32,000 nucleotides of DNA from Desulfobulbus propionicus DSM 2032 (GTDB lineage Bacteria; Desulfobacterota; Desulfobulbia; Desulfobulbales; Desulfobulbaceae): NCBI RefSeq assembly GCF_000186885.1, contig NC_014972.1, positions 1,200,001 through 1,232,000 on the forward strand, given 5' to 3'. The notes below the pieces were generated by a model. The model had not been told where the DNA came from. It saw nothing but the letters and a program-made list of their open reading frames with translations, and made no database searches. Below, in pieces: positions 8,855-21,100 of the stretch. Each line of letters starts with the position of its first letter. Position 1 is the first letter of the stretch. The position numbers and the translations under genes were made by a program.

Positions 8855-9861
8855 GGAGAGTCCTCGCCCTGGCCGAAGAGCAGCGCATTGGGGTTCTGCT
8901 GCAGGTAGTCGGTCAGCTGTCTGATGGAGGCGGCGGCCCGTTCGATCTCCCGCAGCGAGGCGCCGGCCTGGTAGGAGAGCAGGGAATCCTTTGCCGTCAG
9001 TTGTTCGATGTTGTTGAGCGTCTTGGTCAGCGAAGCGGCGGTGGCGTTGAGTCCGCTCAGCAGGTGTTTGAATTCGGTGCTCATCCCCGGCAGTTGTTTG
9101 TCGGCGGTGTGCAGAAAACGATCGGCGGTGGCCGAAAGAGCCGCAAAATTGGTCAATCCCTTTTTCAGTTCGGCGGCCAGCGCCGGGAACTCGCTGTCAG
9201 CCCGGCCCAAAAGAGTGTTGACCCGATCCATGGTGGTGTCCAGGGCTGCCAGGGCGTTGCGGGTTTCTTTGGAGTTGATGATCGAGTTGATGCCGTCAAG
9301 GGCGGTGGCGGTTTTGTGAAGAATCTCGCTCAGCGGCATGGTTTCCAGGGTCTGGGTGATCTGTTCAAGCCCGGAAACCTGGGTGGGAATCTCGAAGAGG
9401 TCGGTGTCCTTGCCGCGCAGCTGGGCCTTGGTTCCGGGATAAAAGGCCAGATCGATGTAGAGCTTGCCGGTCAACAGGCTGGTGATTTTCAGCTGGGCGC
9501 GCATCCCCTGGTCGATCAGCTCGGTGAGCATGGCACGGATAGTGTCCGGATGCCAATTTTCGGACCGGTTGTTGGTTAGATCCGGGGTCTGCTGGATGTC
9601 AATGTAGACCGGAATGATGTAGTTGTTCTTTTGCGCGTCGAAACTGATCCGCACCGCGCTGACCCGACCGATGGTCACTCCGCGGAAGGTCACCGGCGCG
9701 CCGATGTCGAGCCCGTAGAGCGAGCCGGTGAAATAGGCGACACAGCGGAAGCGGTCGTCCTTGAACTTGATGTTGCCCAGGATGACGATCGCGGCGATGG
9801 TCAGGCCGATGGCGGTGAGGACAAAGGCGCCGACCAGGGTCGGGTTGGCTTTCTTGCTCAA
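8851..9861 (-). CDS. mlaD: MCE/MlaD-family protein with a long C-terminal helical extension
   Basis: It has an N-terminal TM anchor (PTLVGAFVLTAIGLTIAAIVILG) and a single MCE domain (FTGSLYGLDIGAPVTFRGVTIGRVSAV). About 200 aa of helical sequence follows. I place the start at TTG 9861, which overlaps the mlaF TGA (TTGA) and has GGGAGG 9 nt upstream. The track ATG at 9927 would overlap mlaF by 70 nt. Confidence 0.8.
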   Translation of the reverse strand: MSKKANPTLVGAFVLTAIGLTIAAIVILGNIKFKDDRFRCVAYFTGSLYGLDIGAPVTFRGVTIGRVSAVRISFDAQKNNYIIPVYIDIQQTPDLTNNRSENWHPDTIRAMLTELIDQGMRAQLKITSLLTGKLYIDLAFYPGTKAQLRGKDTDLFEIPTQVSGLEQITQTLETMPLSEILHKTATALDGINSIINSKETRNALAALDTTMDRVNTLLGRADSEFPALAAELKKGLTNFAALSATADRFLHTADKQLPGMSTEFKHLLSGLNATAASLTKTLNNIEQLTAKDSLLSYQAGASLREIERAAASIRQLTDYLQQNPNALLFGQGEDSP

Positions 9862-10634
9862 ACTGTTCGAACCTCCCGTTTTCCGGTTCCCCGGGTGAGA
9901 AATTTGAGCACCGTCGGGTCGGTGCATTCCTGCAGGAGCCTCTTGGGATCGCCGGTGGCCAGCATGGTCTTGGCCTCGCTGTCGAGATAGACCGAGTTGG
10001 TGGCGATGGCGTAGATCGAGGCCAGTTCATGGGTGACGATGATTACCGTGGCGCCGAGGCTCTCGCGCAGTTCGAGGATCAGCTCGTCGAGATTGCGGGC
10101 GCTGATCGGGTCGAGCCCGGCCGAGGGTTCATCGAAAAAAAGAAAATCTGGGTCCAGGGCAATGGCCCGTGCCAAGGCCGCCCGTTTGCGCATGCCGCCG
10201 GACAACTGGGCGGGATAGAATTCCTCGAACCCCGCCAGCCCGACCAAGGACAGCTTGAACGACACCAGCTCGGCAATCACCGCGGGCGGCAAATCGGTAT
10301 AATGCTGCAACGGTAGGGCCACGTTTTCCGCCAGGGTCATCGAGCTCCACAGGGCACCGGACTGGTAGAGGACACCGGCCCTTCGGACGATCGTCGCCCG
10401 GTCCTCCTCTTCTAGTTCCCAGAAATTATCGCGACCGTACCAGACCGCTCCACTGGCCGGCGGTTTGAGGCCGATCATGTGGCGCAGCAGGGTCGATTTG
10501 CCGCAGCCCGACCCACCCATGATCACGAAGATGTCCCCCCGGGCGATGGTGAAGGTGAGGTCGCGCTGGAGGACGAAACTGCCATAGGCCATGGTCAGAT
10601 TTTGGACGGTGATAGCGGCAACGGACTCGGTCAT
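9858..10634 (-). CDS. mlaF: ABC transporter ATP-binding protein, MlaF-like
   Basis: 258 aa. Walker A is GGSGCGKST, the signature is LSGGMRKR, and Walker B is LFFDEPSAGLD. Confidence 0.92.
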   Translation of the reverse strand: MTESVAAITVQNLTMAYGSFVLQRDLTFTIARGDIFVIMGGSGCGKSTLLRHMIGLKPPASGAVWYGRDNFWELEEEDRATIVRRAGVLYQSGALWSSMTLAENVALPLQHYTDLPPAVIAELVSFKLSLVGLAGFEEFYPAQLSGGMRKRAALARAIALDPDFLFFDEPSAGLDPISARNLDELILELRESLGATVIIVTHELASIYAIATNSVYLDSEAKTMLATGDPKRLLQECTDPTVLKFLTRGTGKREVRTV

Positions 10635-10644
10635 CGCCGAGGCC

Positions 10645-11760
10645 TCAGCGGTAGAGGAGGAAGGTGATGATCGAGTCGGAAACCACGATCAGGACAATCG
10701 AGGTGACCACGGCCGAGGTGGTGGCCTCGCCGACCGCGAGCGCGCTCCGTCCGCACTGCATGCCGCGCAGGCAGCCGGCATAGCCGATCAGGACCCCGAA
10801 AATCGACGCCTTGAGAATACCTTGGCCGCACTGGCCGAGGCGCAAGGTTTTGCGGGTCTGTTCGAGATATTCGATCAGCGACAGATCAAGCATGGTGACG
10901 CCGATCACCGAACCGCCCAGAATGCCCATGATGTCGGCGTAGACGCACAGCAGGGGCAGCATTAGCATCAGGGCCAGCATCCGCGGCAGGACGAGAAAAC
11001 CCACCGGCGAGATGCCCATGGTACGCAGGGCGTCGATTTCCTCGTTGACCTGCATGGTGCCCAACTGCGCCGCGTAGGCCGCGCCGATTCGGCCGGCGAT
11101 GATCACCCCGCTCATCAGCGCGCCCATCTCCAGCACCATGCCCAAGCCGACCAGGTTGGCCACATAGATCTGGGCGCCGAACATCTGGAGCTGCACCGCG
11201 CCAACGAAGGACAGAATCACGCCTACCAGCACCGCGATCAGGCTGACGATCGGCAGCGACTCCACGCCGCAGCTCTGGATGAAGTAGAAGAAATCGCGCC
11301 ATTTGAAGGGTTTTTTGCCTGCGGCCAGCGCCATGCAGGCGAGGATGATTTCACCGGTGAAGGCGGCCGCCTCCCGCGCCTGTCCGGAAAGGGCGAGCGT
11401 CAGGCGGCCGATACGGGTAACCAGCAATTCGCGGACGTTCTTGCCATAAGTGACCTTTTCCGGAACAGCCTCGGACAGGGCCAGCAGCCGCCGCACCCCG
11501 GGCGGCAAGCCTTCCAGGTCGACCGCGATGCCGCCATTGCGGGCCGCTGCCGTGGTCGCCTTGAGGAAGACCAGCAGCCTGGTGTCCCATTCGGCAAGGT
11601 CGGTGGAAAGAAAGGCGAGCGTGCGAATGGAGGAGTCGAGCGCTCCCACCAGCTCCGTCGGCGGCGGCGGATCGGTGCGCAGGGTCCAGGCTCCTTGCAG
11701 GTGAACCGTCAACCTGCTTGGCTGACTGCGGTCAAGGGAAAAACAGGGTCGCTGATGCAC
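10645..11760 (-). CDS. mlaE: MlaE-family ABC permease with an N-terminal STAS-like extension
   Basis: 371 aa. The C-terminal ~250 aa match MlaE/Ttg2B-type permeases (EIDALRTMGISPV motif, multiple TM segments). The N-terminal ~110 aa (LTVHLQGAWTL...LDLEG-like pattern) resemble a STAS/anti-sigma-antagonist-like domain. Confidence 0.85.
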   Translation of the reverse strand: MHQRPCFSLDRSQPSRLTVHLQGAWTLRTDPPPPTELVGALDSSIRTLAFLSTDLAEWDTRLLVFLKATTAAARNGGIAVDLEGLPPGVRRLLALSEAVPEKVTYGKNVRELLVTRIGRLTLALSGQAREAAAFTGEIILACMALAAGKKPFKWRDFFYFIQSCGVESLPIVSLIAVLVGVILSFVGAVQLQMFGAQIYVANLVGLGMVLEMGALMSGVIIAGRIGAAYAAQLGTMQVNEEIDALRTMGISPVGFLVLPRMLALMLMLPLLCVYADIMGILGGSVIGVTMLDLSLIEYLEQTRKTLRLGQCGQGILKASIFGVLIGYAGCLRGMQCGRSALAVGEATTSAVVTSIVLIVVSDSIITFLLYR

Positions 11761-11808
11761 GGTGTTCGATCTGGTTGGTTGGGCGTTGCCCGGACGGCGG
11801 ATTTCGGT

Positions 11809-12510
11809 CTATCGGCCGATGGGCTGGGCGTTTCGTCCCGGTTTGGGCAGAAGCTGGCGCAGTGGATCAGCCTGCGCATTGGTCCATCGCTGGTTGATGA
11901 GCACGTCGAACAGCTGGACCGGCTTGCCGTAATACTGCCGGTTCCAGTCATCCAGGGGAGAGATGGCCGCTCCTTCGAGACTGACACCGCCATAGATGCC
12001 CTGCGAGCGACCAAAGGCAAGGATGTCGGCGGTTTGCGCCTTGGCCGACGCGCCCATGGGTCCCGCGGCCACGGCCACATCGGCGCCGATTTTGTAGTCG
12101 GTGGACAGCATGGCGTTCAGCCCTCGGTCGGTCATGATCAACAGGATGATTTCCGAGGCATCGGCGCCGACCTGAAATCCCAGGGAAACCGAACCCATGC
12201 TGTAAAAAGCCGGATAGCTCCATTTGCCGCTACCCGAATCCTGGGCGAGCAGCACGCCGCGACCGCCCGAGCCGCCGATGATGAAACCGCCGCGCAGCAT
12301 CTGGGGAACGATGAAGATACCCCGTGCCTGGTCGACATTGCGCTGGAACCATTCCATGTTGGGATCGGCCATGAAGCCTTTGTAGACCGAGGCGGCGCGA
12401 CCAACCAGATCCGCGGGTTCCCCGTAATAGTCGGCGGAGGCGGATGAGGCCGGGAGGATCGAAGCGTAGAGCGCAAAGAGCAGGACAACGGCCAAGCGAT
12501 GGAAGGACAT
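11809..12510 (-). CDS. periplasmic SYLF (Ysc84/DUF500) lipid-binding-domain protein
   Basis: Track ORF 11809..12936 is trimmed to the ATG at 12510 (MSFHRLAVVLLFALYASILPASSASA), which gives a signal peptide. GAGGAGG lies upstream. SYLF hallmarks are present: GGFIIGGSGGRGVLLAQ...GKWSYPAFYSMGSVSLGFQVGA...ILLIM. The upstream 142 codons of the track ORF overlap the rubredoxin gene and its flanks out of frame. Confidence 0.8.
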   Translation of the reverse strand: MSFHRLAVVLLFALYASILPASSASADYYGEPADLVGRAASVYKGFMADPNMEWFQRNVDQARGIFIVPQMLRGGFIIGGSGGRGVLLAQDSGSGKWSYPAFYSMGSVSLGFQVGADASEIILLIMTDRGLNAMLSTDYKIGADVAVAAGPMGASAKAQTADILAFGRSQGIYGGVSLEGAAISPLDDWNRQYYGKPVQLFDVLINQRWTNAQADPLRQLLPKPGRNAQPIGR

Positions 12511-12566
12511 GGGGAAACCTCCTCGGAGTCGAACGGGTGATGGGTTTCTTCCTGTCGGAATCATTG

Positions 12567-12595
12567 ATGATATGGTATAGGCTGTCTTTGCACAA
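12567..12595 (-). promoter_or_regulatory. putative sigma70-type promoter for the SYLF-mla operon
   Basis: The minus strand reads TTGTGC, a 17-nt spacer, then TATCAT. The -10 element sits about 55 nt upstream of the ATG at 12510. Pattern match only. Confidence 0.3.
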
Positions 12596-12596
12596 G

Positions 12597-12627
12597 AAAA
12601 AAGTGCCAAAACCCGCCGCGTCGGCAC
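12597..12627 (-). terminator. weak candidate intrinsic terminator downstream of rubredoxin
   Basis: The minus strand reads GTGCC, a 15-nt loop, GGCAC, then TTTTTT. The stem is only 5 bp, so support is weak. Confidence 0.25.
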
Positions 12628-12672
12628 AAGGAGAAACACAGTATTCAAGGAGGAGCGCGAGAGGGGAAAGGG

Positions 12673-12707
12673 GCAGGCCGCGCACCGGAACAACGCGAGC
12701 GGCCTGC
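12673..12707 (-). terminator. GC-rich hairpin just after the rubredoxin stop (possible terminator or RNA-stabilising stem)
   Basis: A perfect 9-bp stem (GCAGGCCGC / GCGGCCTGC) with a 17-nt loop begins 12 nt after the stop codon. No T-tract follows it. Confidence 0.25.
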
Positions 12708-12718
12708 GGGCCTGGGGA

Positions 12719-12877
12719 TCAGTCGACGGCGTAGAAGTATTCTTTTTCCGCTCCGCATTTGGGACAGACCCAGTCGTCGGGCAGGTCGGCAAAGGCGGTT
12801 CCCGGAGCCACGCCGTGCTCGAAATCACCTTCGGCGGGATCGTACACATATCCACAGGGACATTCCATTTTCTGCAT
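12719..12877 (-). CDS. rubredoxin (52 aa) with an atypical first Cys motif
   Basis: Track ORF 12719..12970 is trimmed to the ATG at 12877, preceded by GGAGAAG. It translates to [52 protein letters not shown]. This is a canonical rubredoxin core (GYxYDP, PGTxFxDLPDDWxCPxCGA), but the first pair is C-P-C rather than CxxC. Confidence 0.9.
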   Translation of the reverse strand: MQKMECPCGYVYDPAEGDFEHGVAPGTAFADLPDDWVCPKCGAEKEYFYAVD

Positions 12878-13104
12878 GTTTTCTTCTCCTGGTGCATGGG
12901 GTTGATGGATGTCTTCGCGCTTGGCTGCTCCCGCAAAGGGGGTGTCGAGCCGTAGCCATTTCATCGTCAAGACACCCTAAAGAGTTTTCAGCCCAGGGAC
13001 AAGCAAAAGAACAAAGGGTTGATACAAATTATGCTTCTTCCCGGCGGACGGTCCGTGACCCAGAGGGACGTTGTTCGGGAAAAGGGCGGGGTGGAAAATT
13101 ACAC

Positions 13105-13134
13105 TTGACAGAAGTCGATGGAATCGGGTTAAAT
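13105..13134 (+). promoter_or_regulatory. putative sigma70 promoter of the rplU-rpmA operon
   Basis: A consensus -35 TTGACA lies at 13105-13110. An 18-nt spacer follows, then TTAAAT at 13129-13134. An A/T-rich stretch lies upstream. The element is about 70 nt before the rplU ATG. Confidence 0.35.
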
Positions 13135-13201
13135 AACGCGCTTTGCGATTAATTATTTCCATTGGCCGTTATAGATTTGAGTGATAGAGAGGAGGAGTCG
13201 C

Positions 13202-13513
13202 ATGTATGCAATAATTCGGACCGGCGGCAAACAGTATCAGGTGGAAGCCGGCGACACGCTTCGCGTGGAAAAGCTCCAGGGCGAAGTAGGCGACACCGTG
13301 GAGTTAGCAGAGGTTCTTCTGGTGGTTGACGGTGAAACCGTGAAGATCGGTCAGCCCATGGTTGACGGCGCCAAGGTGGTGGCCAAGATCGTCGAGCAGG
13401 GGCGCCATAAGAAGGTTATCGTCTTCAAGAAAAAACGTCGCCAGGGTTATCAGGTGAAAAAAGGGCATCGCCAGATGTACACCGCCCTGGCCATCGAGAC
13501 GATTTCAGCATAA
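13202..13513 (+). CDS. rplU: 50S ribosomal protein L21
   Basis: MYAIIRTGGKQYQVEAGDTLRVEKL... matches L21. The ATG at 13202 is preceded by GGAGGAG (13191-13197). The track start at 13181 is an upstream GTG. Confidence 0.97.
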   Translation: MYAIIRTGGKQYQVEAGDTLRVEKLQGEVGDTVELAEVLLVVDGETVKIGQPMVDGAKVVAKIVEQGRHKKVIVFKKKRRQGYQVKKGHRQMYTALAIETISA

Positions 13514-13543
13514 GGGATTAACTGATTTACTGGAGAACACACC

Positions 13544-13801
13544 ATGGCTCATAAGAAAGCAGGCGGCAGTTCGCGAAACGGCCGCGACAGTGCGGGGCAG
13601 CGACGGGGCATCAAGCGGTTCGGCGGTCAGATCGTCAAGGCCGGCAGTATTCTGGTTCGGCAACTGGGCACGGTCATCCACCCCGGAACCAATGTCGGCT
13701 GCGGCCGTGACTACACCCTGTTTGCCAAGGTCGACGGCACGGTCAAGTACGAGTCCTTCGGCAAGGACCGCAAGAGAGTTTCCGTTTATCCCGCCGAGTA
13801 G
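13544..13801 (+). CDS. rpmA: 50S ribosomal protein L27
   Basis: [28 protein letters not shown]... matches L27, 85 aa. There is no N-terminal propeptide. Confidence 0.97.
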   Translation: MAHKKAGGSSRNGRDSAGQRRGIKRFGGQIVKAGSILVRQLGTVIHPGTNVGCGRDYTLFAKVDGTVKYESFGKDRKRVSVYPAE

Positions 13802-13872
13802 AGGCGGGTACCTCCTCGTTCGGGGAGGATTGGAGCGCCTTGTTGAGGCGTTTCCCGCAGATCAGGTCGCGG

Positions 13873-16126
<2,254 letters not shown>

Positions 16127-16238
16127 AGCCGCTTTACAAGGAGGGCGCTTCGCGTCATAGTGGACCGCATCGACCGAAGCATGCACAGTGTAGTCCGCCG
16201 CAATCCGGCGGTTTCAGAGAACAAAAAGGAGAACAGCA

Positions 16239-17507
<1,269 letters not shown>

Positions 17508-17509
17508 AG

Positions 17510-18187
17510 GTGGGCGTGTCCTCAGTGGGTCGAACCGTCGGCCTGTTCGGCGGCACCTTCGATCCGGTCCACCAAGGGCATTTGGACTTGGCCTGCCACG
17601 TCCTTGAACGGTGCGGTCTCGATAACCTGCTGTTCATTCCGGCACCCCGGCCGCCGCACAAGGGACGGCCGTCTGCATCCTTTGCCCATCGGGTGGCCAT
17701 GCTCGAGGCGGCCTTGGTCGATTGCCCCGATGGCGGACGGATGCGTTGCTCGGCCATCGAGGCGGAATTGCCCGAACCGTCCTACACCATCCACACGGTG
17801 GAGGCCCTGATTCGGCGGCAGCCGGATTGCCGTTATGCGCTGGTGATCGGTGCCGACTCCTTGTTCGACCTGCCCCACTGGTACCGGGCCGCCGAGCTGC
17901 TGGCCCTGATCGACCTGATCGTGGTCAGGCGGGATCGAATCGAGCCCACGGCCATTGGGACGACGCTCGCCACTCTGGATTCCTCCTTCCAGGGTGACGA
18001 GCATCACCACCGCTGGCGCAACAGCACCGGGCGGACGGTGACCTATCTCGACGATATCGAACTGCCGGTGTCCTCCTCATCGATCCGCGAGGACTTGGCC
18101 CTTGGCCGGGAGCCGGCCATGCTGCCGTCGGCGGTGTTGGCCTACATCAAAACCCATCACCTGTACGGCTGGCGGAACAGCGCATGA
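17510..18187 (+). CDS. nadD: nicotinate-nucleotide adenylyltransferase
   Basis: GLFGGTFDPVHQGHL is the (T/H)xGH nucleotidyltransferase motif, and the ISSSSIR-type motif (VSSSSIRE) lies near the C-terminus. I call a GTG start at 17510, 2 nt after the proA stop. Nearby in-frame GTGs are possible alternatives. Confidence 0.88.
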   Translation: MGVSSVGRTVGLFGGTFDPVHQGHLDLACHVLERCGLDNLLFIPAPRPPHKGRPSASFAHRVAMLEAALVDCPDGGRMRCSAIEAELPEPSYTIHTVEALIRRQPDCRYALVIGADSLFDLPHWYRAAELLALIDLIVVRRDRIEPTAIGTTLATLDSSFQGDEHHHRWRNSTGRTVTYLDDIELPVSSSSIREDLALGREPAMLPSAVLAYIKTHHLYGWRNSA

Positions 18188-21100
18188 ACTATATCGCCGA
18201 TCTCCATGTCCATTCCCATTACTCGCGGGCGACGAGCAAGGCCAGCAACCTGTACGGTCTGGCCGCCTGGGCCGCGGTCAAGGGGATTGGCGTGGTGGGG
18301 ACCGGTGATTTCACCCACCCGGGCTGGTTTGCCCATCTGCACGACTGCCTTGAACCGGCCGAGCCCGGTTTCTTTCGTTTGAAACCCGAACCGGGCCGCG
18401 ACTGGAGCCAGTGGCTGCCACCGGGACTCCGGCCGGCGACCGCGCCCGAGTCCACCCGTTTTGTCCTCAGCGCCGAGATCAGTTCGATTTACAAACGGGG
18501 CGACAAGGTGCGCAAGGTGCACAATCTGCTGTACGCGCCGGATTTCGATGCGGTGCGGCGGCTCAATGCCACCTTGGTCACCCTGGGCAACATCAGCTCC
18601 GACGGTCGTCCCATCCTCGGGCTGGATGCCCGCGATCTGCTGGAGATACTGCTTGAGAAGGCGCCCGAGGGTTTCCTGGTCCCGGCCCATATCTGGACCC
18701 CCTGGTTTTCCCTGTTCGGTTCGAAGTCGGGCTTTGACCGCATCGAGGATTGTTTCGGCGATCTCAGCGACCACATCTTTGCCTTGGAGACCGGTCTTTC
18801 CTCCGATCCGGAAATGAACCGGCTGATTTCTCGCCTGGACCGGTTCACCCTCATCTCCAACTCCGATTGCCATTCGCCGGCCAAGCTGGGCCGCGAGGCC
18901 AATCTCTTTGCCACTGACTTCGACTACTTTTCCCTGCGCCAGGCTTTGCGCGCACCGCTAAACGCGGCCGGTGAGCACGTTTTTCGCGCCACGGTCGAAT
19001 TTTATCCGGAAGAGGGGAAATATCACTGCGACGGTCACCGCAAATGTCAGGTCTGTCAAGAACCCCCGGAAACCCGGAAGACTGGAGGGCGCTGCCCGCG
19101 CTGCGGCAAGCCGCTGACCATCGGCGTACTCCATCGGGTGATGGAGTTGGCCGACCGCAGCGAACCGGTGTTTCCCATCGGCAGCCCCGGGGTCCACAGT
19201 CTGATCCCGCTGCAGGAAATCGTGGCGGAGCTGCTCGACTGTGGCCCGGCGACCAAGAAGGCGGTGGATGGCTATGCGCGACTGATCAACCTGTTTGGTT
19301 CGGAGTTCGGACTGCTGCTGGACACGCCGATCGACGAGATCAGGGCCAAGGGGTCTGCCCTCCTGGCCGAGGCGATCGAACGGGTGCGGACCAACCATGT
19401 CATCCGCACGCCCGGCTATGACGGAGAGTTCGGCGTCATTCGCGTTTTTTCCGAGGGGGAGCGCGCCCGTCTGAGCGGCCAGGCCAGTCTGTTCGGCACG
19501 GTGGCGGCGGCTTCCCGACACACGCACAAAAGAACCCGGTTGGAGACGACGACCGTCACGACGACCACGGTTGCCTCGCCGCCCGCCTCCCTCAATGTTG
19601 AGCAACAGCGGGCGGTGGACAGCGAAGCGCCGCTGATTCTGGTTCAAGCCGGACCCGGTACCGGCAAGACCCACACCCTGGTCAGCCGGGTGCGGCGGAC
19701 AGCTGGCCGCTCAACGCGGCCCTGCACGGTGATCACCTTCACCAACAAGGCGGCGGCTGAGGTGCGCGAGCGGTTGGGGGAGACGGCGCACACCGGCGCC
19801 GGCATCACCGTGGCCACCTTTCATGGCTACTGCCTCAGCCAGCTGCGCCGCTTCCAGCCCGAACTGCGGGTGATCGGGCCCGAAGAACGGGCTCTTGTTC
19901 TCGAAGAACTGCATCCCCAATGGAGCGCACGGCAACGGGATGCCCTGGCGGCGGCGATCACCCTCGGCTGCCGTCAGGCGCGTTCGCCGTCAGACCCCGA
20001 TCAGCAGCGTTATTTTCAATGGCTGGCCGAGCGGTCCTTGATCGACCTCGACGCCTTGGTGCCCCGCACCGTAGCCTTGCTTCGCGGCGGAGGCAACGAG
20101 GCCGAGTCCGTGCGAGCCGCCACCGGCCATCTGTTTGTCGACGAGTTCCAGGATGTCAACGAGGCCCAGTACGCACTTGTCACCCTGCTGGCCCAGACGG
20201 CCACCGTTTTCGCCATCGGCGACCCCGATCAGGCCATCTACGGTTTTCGCGGTGCCGATCCCCGCTGGTTTCACGCCTTTATCGAGGATGTTCATCCGGA
20301 ATGTCACCAGCTGGTGTGCAACTACCGCAGCGGCGCGATGATTGTCCGCGCCGCCGAACAGCTGATCAGCCACAATCCCCATCCCGTGCCGCAGGCGCCG
20401 ATGCAACCCTGCGGCACCGCACCAGGAACGATCCATCTGCAGCGTTGCGCCAACCCCGATCAGGAGGCCATCTTCATCGCCGACCAGATCGAATTGCAGG
20501 TGGGCGGCACCTCGCACCGCAGCCTGGAACGGTTCGATCATGCGGAAAACTCCGCCTCTTCCCTGCGGGACATCGGCGTTCTTTACCGCACCTCGCGCCA
20601 GGCCGAAGCCCTTGCCACGACGCTCAGCAGACGGGGGCTTCCCTTTCAGCTGGTCGAGATCGAGGCCTATTATACCAAAGGGAACTGCCGCCTGCTCTAT
20701 CTGTGGATGCTGCTGCTCGCCGGATTGGCCGAATCCTGCCATCTCTTGGAGCTGCTGGGCCAAGAGCAGGGCCTGGGGGAACAAGGGATGAAGGTCGTCC
20801 GGACCCAGCTTGGCCGATCCCTTCTTCAGGATAAGCAACGGGGAGGCGTGCTCGACAGCCTCGTCCTCGACGGAACCGCTGGCGCAGCCCTTGCCCGTTT
20901 TCGTGCGTTCCATGGCCAACTGGTGGGCCACGACGGGGAACGCTCCCTGGACAGCATCCTAACGGCCCTGATGGAGCGCTACCAGCTCGATCCCCGGGCA
21001 TCCGACCTAGTGCGCCTGCGAGAGACAGCCCTCACCTTTGGTCGCTCATTTGCGGCCTTTGCCGCCCACCTCCAGCGCTTCAGTGATTCCGTGCTTTACG

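Noticed and set aside
12597-12630. TGGCAC on the minus strand, which could be a sigma54 -24 element upstream of the SYLF gene.
   Set aside because: The spacing to the only TTG(T)GC-like element is 8 nt rather than the 5 nt that TGGCAC-N5-TTGC requires. It fits better as part of a hairpin plus T-tract and a sigma70 -35 element.
12511-12936. N-terminal 142 codons of track ORF 11809..12936, which would make a 375-aa protein running through the rubredoxin gene region.
   Set aside because: The extension overlaps rubredoxin out of frame and crosses an intergenic region containing hairpins and a promoter-like element. An internal ATG at 12510 has a strong GAGGAGG RBS and gives a clean signal peptide.
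13018-13040. TTGATacaaATTAT, resembling half of an FNR/CRP-type TTGAT-N4-ATCAA site upstream of rubredoxin.
   Set aside because: Only one half-site matches and the second half is degenerate. The evidence is insufficient.
12892-13162. Two small ORFs (86 aa on the plus strand, 61 aa on the minus strand) in the rubredoxin/rplU divergent intergenic region.
   Set aside because: Neither has an RBS, and their composition is unlike the coding regions. The region is AT-richer and is better explained as a divergent promoter region.
16195-16211. Short hairpin (CCGCCG / CGGCGG, 5-nt loop) followed by TTT in the proB-proA spacer.
   Set aside because: It has only a 6-bp stem and a 3-T tail. proB and proA are normally co-transcribed, so it is too weak to call a terminator or attenuator.
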